From positions 1-64,000 of the forward strand of contig MU053493.1 in the NCBI GenBank assembly GCA_013239625.1: a stretch of DNA of 64,000 nucleotides, given 5' to 3'. The DNA comes from Lama guanicoe (taxonomy: Eukaryota). Made by a program: the position numbers and the translations under genes. Within the stretch, counting starts at the first letter, position 1. Every line of letters starts with the position of its first letter. Below, piece by piece: positions 12,693 to 26,904 of this stretch. Under the pieces are notes generated by a model. It ran no database searches and was not told the DNA's origin. It saw nothing but the letters and a program-made list of their open reading frames with translations.

Positions 12693-14619
12693 GAAGATGG
12701 TGGAGCAGTAGGACCATAAGCTCACCTCTCCTTGCAACTATAACAAAACCACAACTGAATGCTAAACAATCACTGAAAAAAGACTGGGACCTAGCAAAAA
12801 ATTCTTCTTCAACTGGAAACAGAAAGAGGGAACCACGGCTGGGTGTGCTCACAGAAATATCAGGCCCCATACCTCCCTGGTGGGCAACCCATAAGCTGAA
12901 GAATAAGTCAGAGTCCCTCTCAGAAGAATGAGAGCTGTAAGCCCCACGTGAGGCTCCCCATCCTGGGGTTCTGGCATTGGGAGAAGGAGGAGACCCCAGG
13001 ACACCTGGTTTTGAAGGCCAGTGGGGCTTAACTCTAGGAGCCCCACAGGGCTGAGGGAAACAGGAACTTCATTCTCTTCATTCTCTACACAGAATTTCCC
13101 ATGCACCAGGTCCAAGGGCAGAGGCAGTGACTTCATAGGAACGTGGGCCAGACCTGCCTGCTGGTTTTGGAAGGTCTCCTGGGGATGTGGTGGATGACTG
13201 CAGCTCACCCAGGGGACATAAAAGCTGGTGGCAAACATTCTGGGAGTGTTCATCTCTATGAGCTTTCCTGGAGGCTGACATCTTGATTGGATCATTGGCA
13301 CCAAGACCTAGCCCCACCTTCCCCTGTAGGGAAGCCTCAGGCCAAACAACATACTAGAAAGAGGAGAGAGAGAGAGAAAGGACCTGAGAAAAATCTGGGG
13401 GGAGATAATAATGGAAAACTTCCCAAACTTGGGAAAGGAAACAGTCACTTAAGTCCAGGAAGCACAGAGAGTTCCACACAGGATCAACCCAAAGAGGGAC
13501 AAACACACCAAGGCACATAGTAATCAAACTGATAACTATTAAGGATAAGGAGAAAATACTAGAATTAGCAAGAGAAAGCAATAAATAATATACCACAAGA
13601 GAACTCCCATAAGGTTATCAGCTGATTTTTCAGCAGAAACTCTACAGGCCAGAAGAGAGTGGCATGATATATTTAAAGTGATGCAAGGGGAAAACTTACA
13701 ACCATAAATATTCTATCTAGCAAGGCTCTCATTCAGATTTGATGGAGAAATCAAAAGCTTCACAGATAAACAAAAGCTAAAAGAATTCAGCACCACCAAA
13801 CCAGCTTTACAACAAATGTAAAAGGAACTTCTTTAGTCACCATAAGAAAAGAGAACAAAAAGAAGGAGGGGAAAAAAAAATCTACAAAAGTTTGCTTTGG
13901 CAGTTTGGGGTCTTTTACAGTTCCATATAAATTTTGGAATTGTTTTTTCTAGTTCCTTGAAAAATGTCATGAGTACTTTGACACGGGTTACATTGGATCT
14001 GCAGATTGTTTTGGGTAGTACAGCCATTTCAATAATGTTGATTCTTCCAATCCAAATGCCCAAGAAACCTTTCCATTTCTTTGTATCTTAAATTTCCTTC
14101 ATCAATGCTTTTCAGTTTTCAGAGTATAGGTAACCTCCTTGGTTAAGTTTACTTCTAGGTATTTTGTTGTTTTTGATTCAATGGAAATGTTTATGCCAGT
14201 TATAAAATTTGGTTTCTGAAGTGGAAAAAAAGTGAATGAAGGGCCACAAATGGCAAAATATCCTTCTTTCTTATGAGTGAGATGTTTTCCATTACATTTA
14301 TTTGTTGCATCTTCTTTATCCATTCATCTATTAATGTGCACTTAGGATGCTTCAATATCTTGGCAATTATAAAGAACATTGCTGTTAACAGCAGGATGTA
14401 TGTATCTTTTTGAATGAATTCTCATTTTGTGGTTGGCTTTATACTTTTGATAACTAAATAAGTTAGAAACAATGAACAGTACATATATGTAAATTTAAAA
14501 ATACATGCAGCATATTGTGTGTATGTATTTACGTGCAATATATTGTATATGTGCAGTCAAATCGTAACAATTCTACCTAATAAAACTGAAAAAATATTTT
14601 TTAAAAATAAAATGGTGAA
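12693..14619 (+). mobile_element. Nested chimeric L1-derived insertion (5'UTR + partial ORF1 + antisense L1 pieces + tail), HAL1-like
   Basis: 20-bp TSD aaaaagatacatgcacccca at 12673-12692 and 14620-14639; starts gaagatggtggag; ORF1-like 13360-13836; antisense ORF2 at about 13890-14200. Confidence 0.85.
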
Positions 14620-14639
14620 AAAAAGATACATGCACCCCA

Positions 14640-15180
14640 ATGTTCATAGCAGCATTATTTACAATTGCCAAGACATGGAAGCAACCTAAGTGTCCATCAA
14701 CAGATAAATGGATAAAGATATGTGTGTATGTATATATACACATATATAGACACATATGCATACAATGGAATACTACTCGGCCATGAAAAGTATGGGATTT
14801 TGCCATTTGCAGCAATGTGGGTGGACATAGAGGGTATTATGCTAAGTGAAATAAGTCAGACAGAGAAAGACAAATACTTTATGATATCACTTATTTTGGG
14901 GATCTAAAAAATACAACAAACTAGTGACTATAACAAGAAAGAAACAGACTCACAGATATAAAGATATACCAGTGGGGAGAGGGAAGGGGCAAGAGGCAAT
15001 AGATGGGTAGGGTAGTAAGAGGTATAAATTGTTACGTATAAAATACAGGATACATTGTACACCACAGGAAATAGAGCCAATATTTCATAATAATTATAAG
15101 TGGAGTATAACCTTTAAAAATGTTGAATCACTATATTATATACCTTTAACTATATTTTACATCAATTACACTTAAATATT
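14640..15180 (+). mobile_element. L1 end of ORF2 + 3' UTR (host element, right half)
   Basis: Resumes 'atgttcatagcagcattatttacaattgccaagacatggaagcaacctaagtgtccatcaacaga' exactly where the left half stopped. Confidence 0.95.
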
Positions 15181-15589
15181 TTTTTTAAGCTGCTGCCGCA
15201 GGCCAGGCTTCTAATTTAGCAGGCATCTTAGGGGCTGGCTAAAAGATTGTCCAGAGACCAGGAAAGCAGGCAAACACTTCTCACACCTTCTCCCTCCAGT
15301 TCACTCCAATAATAAAATCAGGTTACCAGTATTTCCCTGGAAGGAGCTTCTACACACATCTAGTGCCCCAGCTTTTATGGCAGCCACCTGAGGGACAGGC
15401 CCCAACATCACCTGCCTCTGTCAGCCAAGTGGACTTGCATTTACAAGTCCTAAATGACTTTAGCAAACAAAGAGTTCTTAAAGAGTGCAGGAATGCCTTC
15501 TACCTCATGTCTGTACATTCAGGCCCACAACAGAGGTAGCAGTCAAAAATGTCCATCTCACTATGCTATGAACATGGAGCATTTTATGC

Positions 15590-16005
15590 CAAGGGATATA
15601 AGCCAAATGGAAAGCCAAATCAAATGCCGCATGGTATCACATATATGGAAACTAAAAAAATAACAAAAACCTAACTTATAGAAACAGAATAAAAGAGTGG
15701 TTGGAAAGGACTAAGAGAACTAGTGAGTCATTGATAAAAGGGTACAAATTTCCAGTTAGAAGAATAAGGACTGGGGAGCTAATGTATAACACATTGATTA
15801 TAGCTGGTTACACTGTATTGTGTAACTGAAATTTGCTAAGAGAGTAGAATTTAAATGTTCCCACATGCACACACACAGCAAATATGTGATGGCAATGTTT
15901 TAATTAACTCATTGAGGGTGATTCTTTCATACCATATACATGTATCAAATAATATTCAAAGACCTTACTACTTTGTCAATTACAACTCAATAAAGTTGGG
16001 GGAAA
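15590..16005 (+). mobile_element. Older L1 3' UTR
   Basis: 'gggtacaaatttccagttag...gaaatttgctaagagagtaga...ctcaataaagttggggg'. Confidence 0.75.
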
Positions 16006-19000
16006 ACTAGGAATATAGATTTCTTAAACACTATCAAACAAAATTAGTAACAACTGGCACAATAACTAAGCCCTTAGAGGTCTATGGGCAACAGAGAACA
16101 TCTACTAGTCCACCAAGTTCATTTCCCTTACATCCCAATAAATCTGGAGGTGGACTTAAACTATTACCTGTGGTGTCCCTCTTCCCTTGCCTACACAAAC
16201 TCAGAAGCGGGAGCCATGGCAAAGTGGGAGTTACACAAAATTCACATGGAACCAACATAGGAGGGAGGCCCCTGAGCCTGATCCTTTCTAATTTTCCAAA
16301 TTCAGGTATTTAACATTTTTTATCTATTATTTATTTTTAAATAAACCCAAAAGAGTTAATATCTACATGCCTTCATCTCTGGAAAAAAAATCACTAAATG
16401 TTATGTTCTCTTTCAAATGTTGTCAAACACAAGATATTCCCAAGTTACTCAAATCACAACATATGTCTACCTGAATAACACTATCACTCTTTTATTATTA
16501 TAGTCTCTCCCTTATTACTTATGACCTCTCTGACTCTTTCCTTCACAAATGTGTTTATTTAACAAACTTCAATAAAGTTCTTGTTTTCTGAAATTGCGGC
16601 ATAAGACTAGACAATAGAAAAATAAAAGTCCCTGTCAAGTAGGAGCTCGTTACATACACTTTGGGAAGAGGAGACAACGTAAGACATAAAATAAATTCTG
16701 TGCACGTATTGATAAGGATATAAATATCACACTGAAGAGGAAAGTGGGGAGACAAAGCAAACAGCACTGGACGCATGCGGCTATTTACATTAAGGCACAT
16801 TGACTGATCTGGAGATACTCCAGGTCTGAGTGCCATTCAGCAATGCTCTCATCCCAGACTTACCTTTTATCATGATCCATTCAGACGCTCTCTCCAAACC
16901 AGCCTTCTCCACTAAGAGAAGCGGGTGTGGGTGGAAATCCCATTTGGTATTGTGAATGGTGATGACCATGAATCAGCCAGATAATTTAACAGGGCTTTGG
17001 TTGAATCTGTCGCCACTCCAGATTGAACCAACAGCACAACTTTTTCTCAAGGTAATGAAGTCAGAAGAAATCTTAAAACTGAGTCAGAATGGCTGATTAA
17101 AAGCCAGAAGGAAAGCAAGAAGAGGAGGTACATCTCCTATACACCTAATGTTTCAATATTCTTCTATAAATCAAAAATTTCTGACAACTTGGGTAGCTCT
17201 CTGCTGAAAGGGCATCTTCCTTCTCTTCACAATCACCATAAAGGTGAGTATTCTTACTCTTTTGGACTTTGTGAACCTGAGAGTAATATGGTGAAAGGCC
17301 CACATACAATCCCTTCTTTTCCTTACCATCTTCTTGGTCTCTTATTTAAGACACATATCCTCCCCCATCTATCAGTCAGTAGACATTTCTTCAGCACTCC
17401 TCAAATTCCAATACTAAACAAGTGAACTGGGTCACAAAGATCAATATAATTATCATACTTGGGAGAACATACATAATACTTAGCAGCATACAGATACTCA
17501 AGGGGAGAGTTTTTTAAAGTTACGAAGTTGAAAGATCTCAATATAAATACAGTATTATGGGGACACTAAATGGTCTCCCTGACATCAGCCATATAGATTG
17601 TTCTATGTTGTCTCTTCTCATGACTGAAAGCCATTAATTAATAAGAGACTATATTCTACAATTTAGTGTCGTTTGGTCTGTCCAGTCTCTCAAGATCAAC
17701 TTTTCACTTTCAAGATAGTTTTAAAACTAAAGGAGTTTATACCAAGAAAATGAGTATTTTTAGGGACAGACTTTACATAAAAAGAACAATACTACAAAAT
17801 AGGTTTGATTCTATCCAGAGGAAAAAGTCTACTAACCATAAACTTTCCTCTTTGGATTGTTTTTGTTTGGAAGAATATAGTAGAAAAAAATGACATCTCT
17901 GGTACATGCTGTACAAACAGGAAAGAAAACAAGGTTTACATTCTACTACTCCACAACTATCAGTGGGGATTTATAACTCCACCTGTAATTTTCATCATAG
18001 AATCCAACAGATGGTCAATTTCCCAATACTAAACCTGTATCTGCACACTGTATCTGCATCTCAGAATAAGCTACAAAATGATTTCATTTATAGCCATTAC
18101 ACTCCCAAAAACATTCTCAAAGAGCCACCTCATGCAGTGTATCAACTTTTACCTTCCTTGCCCTTTAAGTGATTGGCTAATTCACAAAAATCTTACTCAT
18201 CCATCCACTAAACAAGTTTAATCAACACAGTTGTAAAATCACGTATCTGCTGCATGGTAGGCTCCGTAGGGCAAGGTGTAAGTGGGAAAGTATCCCTGTC
18301 AAAAGGAGCTCGTTATTTCTAGTCTATTAAACAGACACAAAAATAAAATGAAATTTATTAACAGAAATGTTACAGACATAAAGCATGTTATGTATTAAAT
18401 GGTAGCAATTTAGACACTCTGGATAAAAAAAAAATCCACTCATTTCCAAACCACGAGTTATACAGTAAATTTCTGGGAAGATTCCACTCAGCTGGGAAAG
18501 ATCACCTTCCACAGTCCTCTCATCTCCTTGACTTTAGTGATATTACTGACACTTACTGTCCTCCAGAGTTACTACCTAAAATGTAGCTTCAGCACCCTTG
18601 GCCTTGCCCTTCTAGCTTTTTCCTTGAAAACTCTTACCTTCTGTACATTGATCTGACTCTACTCCCTTGGTTCTTAGTACCATCCTTTTTCACTTGCTCA
18701 TGATTAGGCTGTTACTTTTTCTTCCACTTGGCCCCTCAACCATTCATTTTTTCAACAGTCTTTGCTCAGTATCTCAAAAAAAAAAAAAGCCAAGATTTCT
18801 GGAACTAGTGAGCAATCTTGCCTTAATGAGATATTACCTATTGTGGCCAACGAATGCAGGGACAGACACAAGTGAGAACTGAAAGGATAAAGCTGCATGA
18901 AGGCCCTTATGGCAACACTGAGGACTAGGAAGGAAGAGAATCAGTTCTATCCTGTGTGCACAGAATCTGGAATTCCAAAGTGGATCACAAACCGTGCAAC

Positions 19001-19439
19001 TCAGATGCATCGTCATTTTATTATGATACATGCAGGAAGCTCACAAGACATCAGCATACATCTGTACCAGGCTGACACTGGTCACAGTACTGCAGGGCAA
19101 ACTGTTGACTCAGACGGGTCCTTTGATTTGGCCTTGCCAATATTAAAAGCACTACTTACCCTTCCCCTCATGCAGCAAATTTTACTGAAAATCAACGATC
19201 TTCTCTTTCTTCATTTCCAAACTTCACTATGCCTTTTGGTGCCATGCAAAAGCCACCTGCTACCCCTGGTATTTCTTTTTGAAATCCAAGGTTCATTACT
19301 CTTCTTGGCACAATCTTTTGGTTTTTCACTCAATGACACTATTTTTAATCTCCATTAATGGAGCCTCCTCATTGTATATATATTTATATATCAATGCTAG
19401 AGCACCTGAGACAGTCTTCAGATGAATATATTCCTACTT

Positions 19440-19930
19440 CTACGTATACTCCATCTCTAGCTTTCATCCTTCTTCACAGCCATAAGTAATAGTCTTGTAC
19501 TGATTAATCCAAAGTAACACCTCAGATCCCAATCTGCCCTCTCAAGGCTCCAGAGTCCTATTTCTGCCTTAGAAGCCTTAATCTGTGGGTTTAACATAAA
19601 TATAAAACTGGCAAAACAGATCTCCTCCTTATCATGCATTCTAAGAAACCCAACCTTCCCCAGAATAGTGAATGGCATCACCACTCACTCAGCTGCTGAG
19701 GCCCCTGATCATATCTGTCCTATTTGAATCCTCTTCTCATCTCACCCAGAAAACATTCAATATTTTATCAAGTAGGACTGACAATACTTTAAAAAACAGC
19801 ATCCTAAATCCCAGTACTTCTTAACACTTGCATTTCAACAGACCTAGCACACCACCTTTCATACAATTACTGAAATCCCCATGTAATTTGCCTTCTTACT
19901 TCCATTTTTCACCCACAGTGATCTTTATCC
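19440..19930 (+). mobile_element. L2 relic (a related piece at about 18510-18770)
   Basis: Pyrimidine-rich L2-like text 'gtgaatggcatcaccactcactcagctgctgaggccc'. Confidence 0.5.
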
Positions 19931-19989
19931 TAACTTGCTTGAATATGTAAAAATATAAAAAACTTAGCTACTGTAGAAATCAAGATTTG

Positions 19990-20700
19990 TAAAGTTTGAA
20001 TAACCAAAGCAGCTGAACCAAGTGATCAGTTAATGTTACCAATAACAGGACAAAGTGACATCACTCGATGTGAATCATGAGAATTGCCAAGGCAGACAGA
20101 CATCAATATGAAGTATTAAAATGTGTAACTTAAATCTATTCATGAAGAAACATTAAAAAATTAAGAATTTGAGGAATCTTTTAAACGATAAACTGTTACT
20201 TTTCAATACAAATGTCATCGAAGACAAAGAATGACTGTTTCAGATTAAATGAGACCAGAGAAGCGTAACACTCAGATACAACAGGGGATCTTCTTCTGGA
20301 TCCTGAAAGTGGGATGAATTAAAGAACAATACTAAAATAACTGAGGAAATCTGACTATGGGCTGTGTATTAGTGTAATGTATTTGTATTACTGATACACC
20401 TCATGACTTTGAAAACTGCACCAAGGTTAACTTAAGAGGATGGCCAGGCTCTTAGAAAGTGAATGCTGACCTATGTTTGGTTATAGACACATAATACATG
20501 GAACTTACAAGTAATTCTTAAAGTAACAATAATTGGGCAAGGAGAGAGAGGCAGGAAGAGAGAGAGGGAGAAATGTAGGAAGAAGGGAGGAAAAGAGAAC
20601 ACAATGTAGAAAAAAATCTGGGTGAAAACTATATATGGGGGTTCTCTGTATGATTCTTGCAAATCTGAACAAAATTATTTCAAAAATAAAGTCACAAAAG
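19990..20700 (+). mobile_element. L1MC-like 3' region
   Basis: 'ctgaaccaagtgatcag..accaataacaggaca','ggaaatctgactatgggctgtgtattag','tatatgggggttctctgtatgattcttgcaa'. Confidence 0.7.
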
Positions 20701-23700
20701 TAAACATGTATAAAATATACTTATGAAGTTTATAAACCTCTGAGGAGCACTACATTTAGAAAAAGTTGATGGTTTCTACCTCTGACAACCAGGATGAATT
20801 TTATGACTCAAGGACATGTAGACTACTGCTTTTTTATAAATAATTCATCACTATTTGGTCTTTTTAAACTCAAGGCCACGTATAGTTTATATTTAAGAAA
20901 AACTATTTTCACCTATTAGATTGGCTAAAAATTTAAGGGACTGATAATATCCATCATGTGTAAGTTTTTATGAAAATTAGCACTGCCATTATACGACGTG
21001 TGATGGCCTAGAAAACATGTCAAGAGCAATTTCACAATACCCACTGAAATCAAAGTATACAGAATTGATGATTCAGCAATGCCACATCTAGAAATCTATC
21101 ATATAATTAGGAGCCCAGTTATATTTATATATATATATTAAATTACATACATTACAGTATTACACACAGCAACAGAAATAGTTAACCTGCATTTCCCAAA
21201 TACAGAAATGGATAAACCCATTATGATATGTACTTTACATCCAATGGGTAGTCTGTAAGTAAGCTATATGTATTGGCTTGGAAATATGCCTATAATAAAA
21301 GAAAAAATAAAGTTTCAAAACAAAACACCATAATGATGACGTATTTGTAAAGTAAATTCCACATAAAACAAGCTTAGACAAATTATTGACCACTATACCA
21401 CAAATTATTAACTCTTGTCACCCCTAGAAAATAGGAATGGAAAATGAATGATGAGTAACTACAGTTTGCTTTAAATTGTTTAATAACCCATTCATTCTGG
21501 TGGCCCCACTGTGATGCACTAGGTGTCAAGCCTGCCTAGTGAGACAGGCTGTGGTACAAGGCAGTCAGTAGTTGCCTCATGACTATTAAAACGCCCAATA
21601 AACACAGCCATCTATATTAAACCTACTTAGGTTACACAGAAATGAAAACCAGGGTAACATGGGTTAAAGTAAAACCTCTTTGACATCTTGTGTTTTTTAC
21701 TCAAATCCTGAAGAAGAAAATGCCAGTGATGCCAAGAAAATCACGGAACCACATTTCCTACGTGATTGCATTACCATGGCTCAATGTGTCAATGAGAGGG
21801 TCAGGCTTTCCTTTATACAACCAGAGTTGTGACGGCATCCAGGCCTTATATTCATGAAAGGGGAAGAGGTCGACTACAGTCAGACTCAGATCCTGTTCTA
21901 GAATGAGACCCAGTCGTTTCAACAGAGGGAAACTACACATGGTCTGCTGCATGTAACACAAATGTTTGTTTTAAGAGAACCTTGTTTGGGACCACTCTTA
22001 ACACTGGGGCCTCATGATTCAAATAAGGAATACAGTGTCTTACAAATCGTACCCAAACCAGCATAAGGCAGGCGCTGGGCTCATGTGGGAGCCTCACTGT
22101 TAACTGGGGTATAACCAAGGAGTCCATGTGGTTGCATTAATTACAGTTATCACACACAAATATCACTCACATTTGTAAAGTAAAACATGAAATGAGGCAA
22201 ATACAACAATAAAGAAAAAAACACACACACACAAGATGTATTTGGAGCACAGGGAACTACTAAACATTCCAGGCAGTTACTTGTCAAAAGCACGTCACTT
22301 CTACTCCTGAGGAGACGTATATAAAAGTTGTGCCCTTTGGGACACAAAGATGCAATAAGCTTCCATAAGGGGGAAATAATGACAGCATCTGGGTGATGCT
22401 GTGCATGGAACCACTGCAGAAGGTTATCTACCATCCTCTTGTCCGCACGTTCACCACCTGGGAGAGTACAGAGGAAGAAATTGCAAATGAAAATAAACGA
22501 CAGGTTATCACATAGCCATGTCTCGTGACAGATGGGTATCATCTTCAAGTCAGGATTTTACTGCTAATACATGGAAGACAACTCCCACGTTCCTGGTGTT
22601 AAGTACCTCCAGGCTACAAAATCTGGAGTATGCATGAAAACGACAAAACCTTAATTTTCCTTCCTTGCCCATTTACTGGGATTTCAGTATCCATCTTCTA
22701 TTCTAAATTACTTTCATGCCATTTAACCATGTATGCCTTCTTTGAAAACACTATTTCCTATGTAACTTCTTAGTGCTAACTTATATACAAGTTAAGGGTT
22801 AAAATAAAAAAGACAAAGGTACAAGCAAATAATAGAATACTTTCCAAAATCACAACCAATTATCACAGTATCTGCATATCTAGTCTCCCTGCTTGTGCAA
22901 CTTCTGATGGTTCTAACTGGAAGAAAATTATTTGTATTTCAACTCATGACTTCATTAAGCGTTTTTTTTTAATATATACACTAAAAAGAGACAATTCTAA
23001 AATCCTGGGTTAAACTATAACCTCAAAATAACCACACAGGCCACATAAAAGATTCAATGAAAAATAAATGTAGTGTAAGTAATTCAGACAAAACTCTAAT
23101 CCATCATCAATATAACCAAAATGGTATCTTAAAAATAAGAATGTAGGCCTTCATGCTATAACCACAGCCCAAATCTCTTTGGTCCTTTGTTTATGAAACA
23201 AAGATAAGAAGGAAATGAAAAAAGAAAAAAAGAAACACTTGGACTATTTGAAGGATCCTTCATTCACACATCACTGAAAGGGTACTAAGAAACTCCTTCC
23301 ATCGCACTAATATTGGAATATTTCTTAACGCCTCCTGTCTGCCCACCTCACCTACTCACTGATACGAAAATGTTAGTAATACCCCCAAATAACACATAAG
23401 AATAAAATTCACCCTCTTGTTGTTATTAACACCTGTATCATCTGCAGCAAATTCTACTTTCTAATGGCTTTGCTTTCTGATGTCTTTTTATATCCCTTTC
23501 ACTTTTTCTCACCTCCCTGACTTCCCCCCTTGTCTCTACTGGGAGTCACTCCACAATTTGACAATCTTACACGTTTTATGGTGCTCATGTTTTTTTATTT
23601 TAAAATACAAATTGGATTTCATATTAAACTCATCAAAAATGAACAGAGTGCAACAGTGTTACTGATTCTTACTAGCACTTTTGAATACAGTCCACAGAAA

Positions 23701-24034
23701 TGATAAATAAGTACAAGAATTTGGACTGATTACATAAATGTCAAGTGGTGACACATTTAAAAGGTCTCACTTAAGTTGGTAACACCTTAGTTAAAATAGT
23801 GGGAAAGATGGCAAAACTGTGATATATACCACGACCAACATAAACTATAGCAGGTAAAGTTGGCTCTATACTCAACTTCCCATAAAAAATAATTAGGGGA
23901 AAATATTTTTGTGAACTCACTACAGTTGGATTTTGGTTTCTTTTGCTTTTTTTTTCTATTATCACAACACTTTGAATCTATCACTAAACTTTTTTAATTT
24001 TATTAATAACAAATTAGCCTGTATTCCTCAATAA

Positions 24035-24765
24035 TCACCCATCTATTCATTCAACTTTACATGTGATTTTAATATTGTATCAGTCTATTCTCCCAGTGAT
24101 GAAATTTTTCTACCATCCCTTCTTGAATTAGTCTATCCATGCATCAAACCATTTAGCAAGCCACCCTGAAACCATCAGTGAGGCTGTTATCCACTCACGC
24201 AATCCAACCATCTATGCATCGATCCCTACATTCATCCATGATCCTAGCCAGTCACACCTGCATCTGTCAATCTAAATACCCATATATCTGTACATGATCC
24301 ACATATCCAATGTTGCATTCTGGACTCCACTCAAATTCTAACATTAGGTATCCAGCTAACTACACCTTCACTCAATGTTGAACCCATCAATCCATATGCA
24401 CAACCAGTTTTTTTCCTAAAACATTAACTGATTACAGCTTCTTGCCATTTGCTCATATATATTTGCTTCCATCAGGTCTTAACATTCAGGAAATTTTGCA
24501 TTCATGCATCCATTATTGTACCCTGAATTCCGTAAAGCAATAAATCCTTGCATCCATCTCTCCAAATCTTCTTTCCAAATATCTGATCTTGCACTTTTAA
24601 TCACTAATTCTTACAATCACATAAGCTTAAATTATTATGTAGAAAATATCATTTGCACCCTTTTATCTATCCACTCCTTCAACTAAGTTTTAAACCATCG
24701 ATCCAGGTCTCCATTCTATGCATTCATCCACCAGTCCTTGAATTCTTGCATGTAATTTATCCATC
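24035..24765. repeat. Long degenerate (TCCA/TTCA)n low-complexity tract
   Basis: Dense atcc/catcc/ttca units over about 730 bp. Confidence 0.6.
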
Positions 24766-26267
24766 TATATTAGTCAGAAGTAAAAGCAACTTTAAAACCT
24801 CATTAGCATAACAAAAACAATTATTTTTCACCCATGAAGACATCTGAGGCAAAATCACCTCCTTATCCCTTAAATAGGAATAACATATTATCTCCAAACT
24901 TCCAACAAAAATGTCAAAAGTAACACAGTCATAAATTGTTTGAAAGCTAAATGTCAACTTTTTAAAGTATATAAGCTATGTTGCATAAAAAATATGCATC
25001 TTTCCAAAAACAAGATAGTGAAAATAAAGGTAACAAATGGAAACATTTTGTAAAAGGGAAAGAAAGGAAACATGAAAAGGTATATAAAATGTATTTAAAA
25101 GGTAAATAAAAACCAAACATTATTTTGTATACACACAAATAGAATGAAAATGAATTTAAGGATGAAAAAAACATTCTAGCTACAAGCTACACAGGTGACT
25201 TGTGTAAACTGAATACGCATTTGAATAGTCAGAATTATCCTATAGCTGTTATGACATTGGGTTTCCCAACTGCAATACCAGCATTATTATACTAGCAATA
25301 CACCTGTTAAATACTCATTTCTTTTAAGTTCTTTCCGTCTTTAGACTAGTACATTGAGTTATACTAATAATCTTTGGAAACTGATAGGACATTAAACTCA
25401 TTTTTCTATAACTGATAATTAAAGGGAAAGAATCAAACATTCATCCCATGTTTTCTTTTGAATGAAGAATTTAACATAGTTGAAGAAGAAAGTTCTTATT
25501 TAAATTAAGAAACTCCTTATCAATTAAAGTAATTTTGCTCTTGTTTAGAACAAATGTGCAACTATGAATGAAATAATGGATAGAGGCCACTGACTTCTTT
25601 AGGTCAAAAGCTGATGCCAAAATTAAACACTGAATGCACAAATATTCAATTGCTGAGTTGAACATTACAACTATTTTAAAAACACATTAAAAGTTTGACT
25701 AAGCATTTTTATCAAGACATATTTCATAGGTGGAACTAGGTATCCCACTGTAATGTAAGGAATTACCACATTTTCTATGTTTCAGATTAAAAAGATTGGT
25801 GTCCCCAAATCTTGAGGTAACAAAATACAATCAAAGGAAATTATATAAAAAACCCCCACTAGATTTTAGTTACTTCTTGAATGAGAAGATGGAAAACGGA
25901 AGATGCATTATCTGGTTCTATTTGGAACATATTTTTAAGAAATCCCATGGGACAAAATCTCATGGAAAACTTAAAGCATGGTCAAACATTCTACATGAAA
26001 TGAAACAAAATCAAGGTCAGGACATCGACAGCAAGTCAATTTAGTAAGACTAAAGTGGTCTCTAATAGAATAATAGATACAGATCTCTAACAATCTTATA
26101 GTGAAAAGTAGTTAACAATTACTTATAGACCTCTGCACACTGGAGAATATGCATCTTTCCAAGCACCCCCCCAACACATTAACAAATATAACCTGTACTT
26201 CTCCTTGGTCTATATAAACATATATGCATTTATATATAGATTACAAAGGTATTTATATAGTCTTTAT

Positions 26268-26314
26268 ATGTGTGTGTATATATGTATGTGTATATACACA
26301 CACACACACACACA
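26268..26314. repeat. (TG)/(TA)/(CA)n microsatellite
   Basis: tgtgtgtgtatatatgtatgtgtatatacacacacacacacacacac. Confidence 0.9.
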
Positions 26315-26904
26315 CGAGATAGAAACAGACAGACAGAAGTAGAGAAAATTTCAAAGCAGAAATAAATTAAACCCACTAGCTCACCAAAATGCATTCAACC
26401 CAGTAGAAATAGTGGGTAAGATAAGAATGTAACATGAAAATTTAAATGGAATTACAAAATATCAAATATTTTTAAAATATTTAACACACATATATATAAA
26501 AGCAAGGGAAATGTTCTATATTAAAGTAAATTAAAAGAGAAGACTGATAATAAATTAACACAAACAGCCAAAACTAAGATAAAAATGGCCTTGATAAAAA
26601 TGCATGGTCCCAGGTAGGATTCAGATTTCTTCAAACTATCATGGATATCTTTGGAACAACCAACAAATTTATAAAATAATTTATTTTAAAATATATTAAG
26701 GGATTTTTAGTTAATAATAATCATAGGGATAAGATATAGTTACTTAAAATGTGATCTGTACATATGCAAATTCAGGATTAAAATATGGTATTCCTAATTT
26801 TCAAAATAATGGCAAAATACTGACAAGCTCTTCTAGTTGCTACATATATGTAAGTTCATTACTATGTTCTAATCTGTGTCTATGAAACTTTCCATAATGA
26901 AAAT

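Noticed and set aside
12849..13317. 151-aa and 79-aa minus-strand ORFs
   Set aside because: Antisense reading of an L1 5' UTR
18897..19358. Longest + strand ORF (153 aa)
   Set aside because: No recognisable domain or splice structure; lies between L2 relics, antisense to the host transcript; likely chance
24695..24706. TGGATCGATGG resembling a SNORD116/109 5' end
   Set aside because: C box broken, no matching CTGAGGTCC; lies in the TCCA-rich tract
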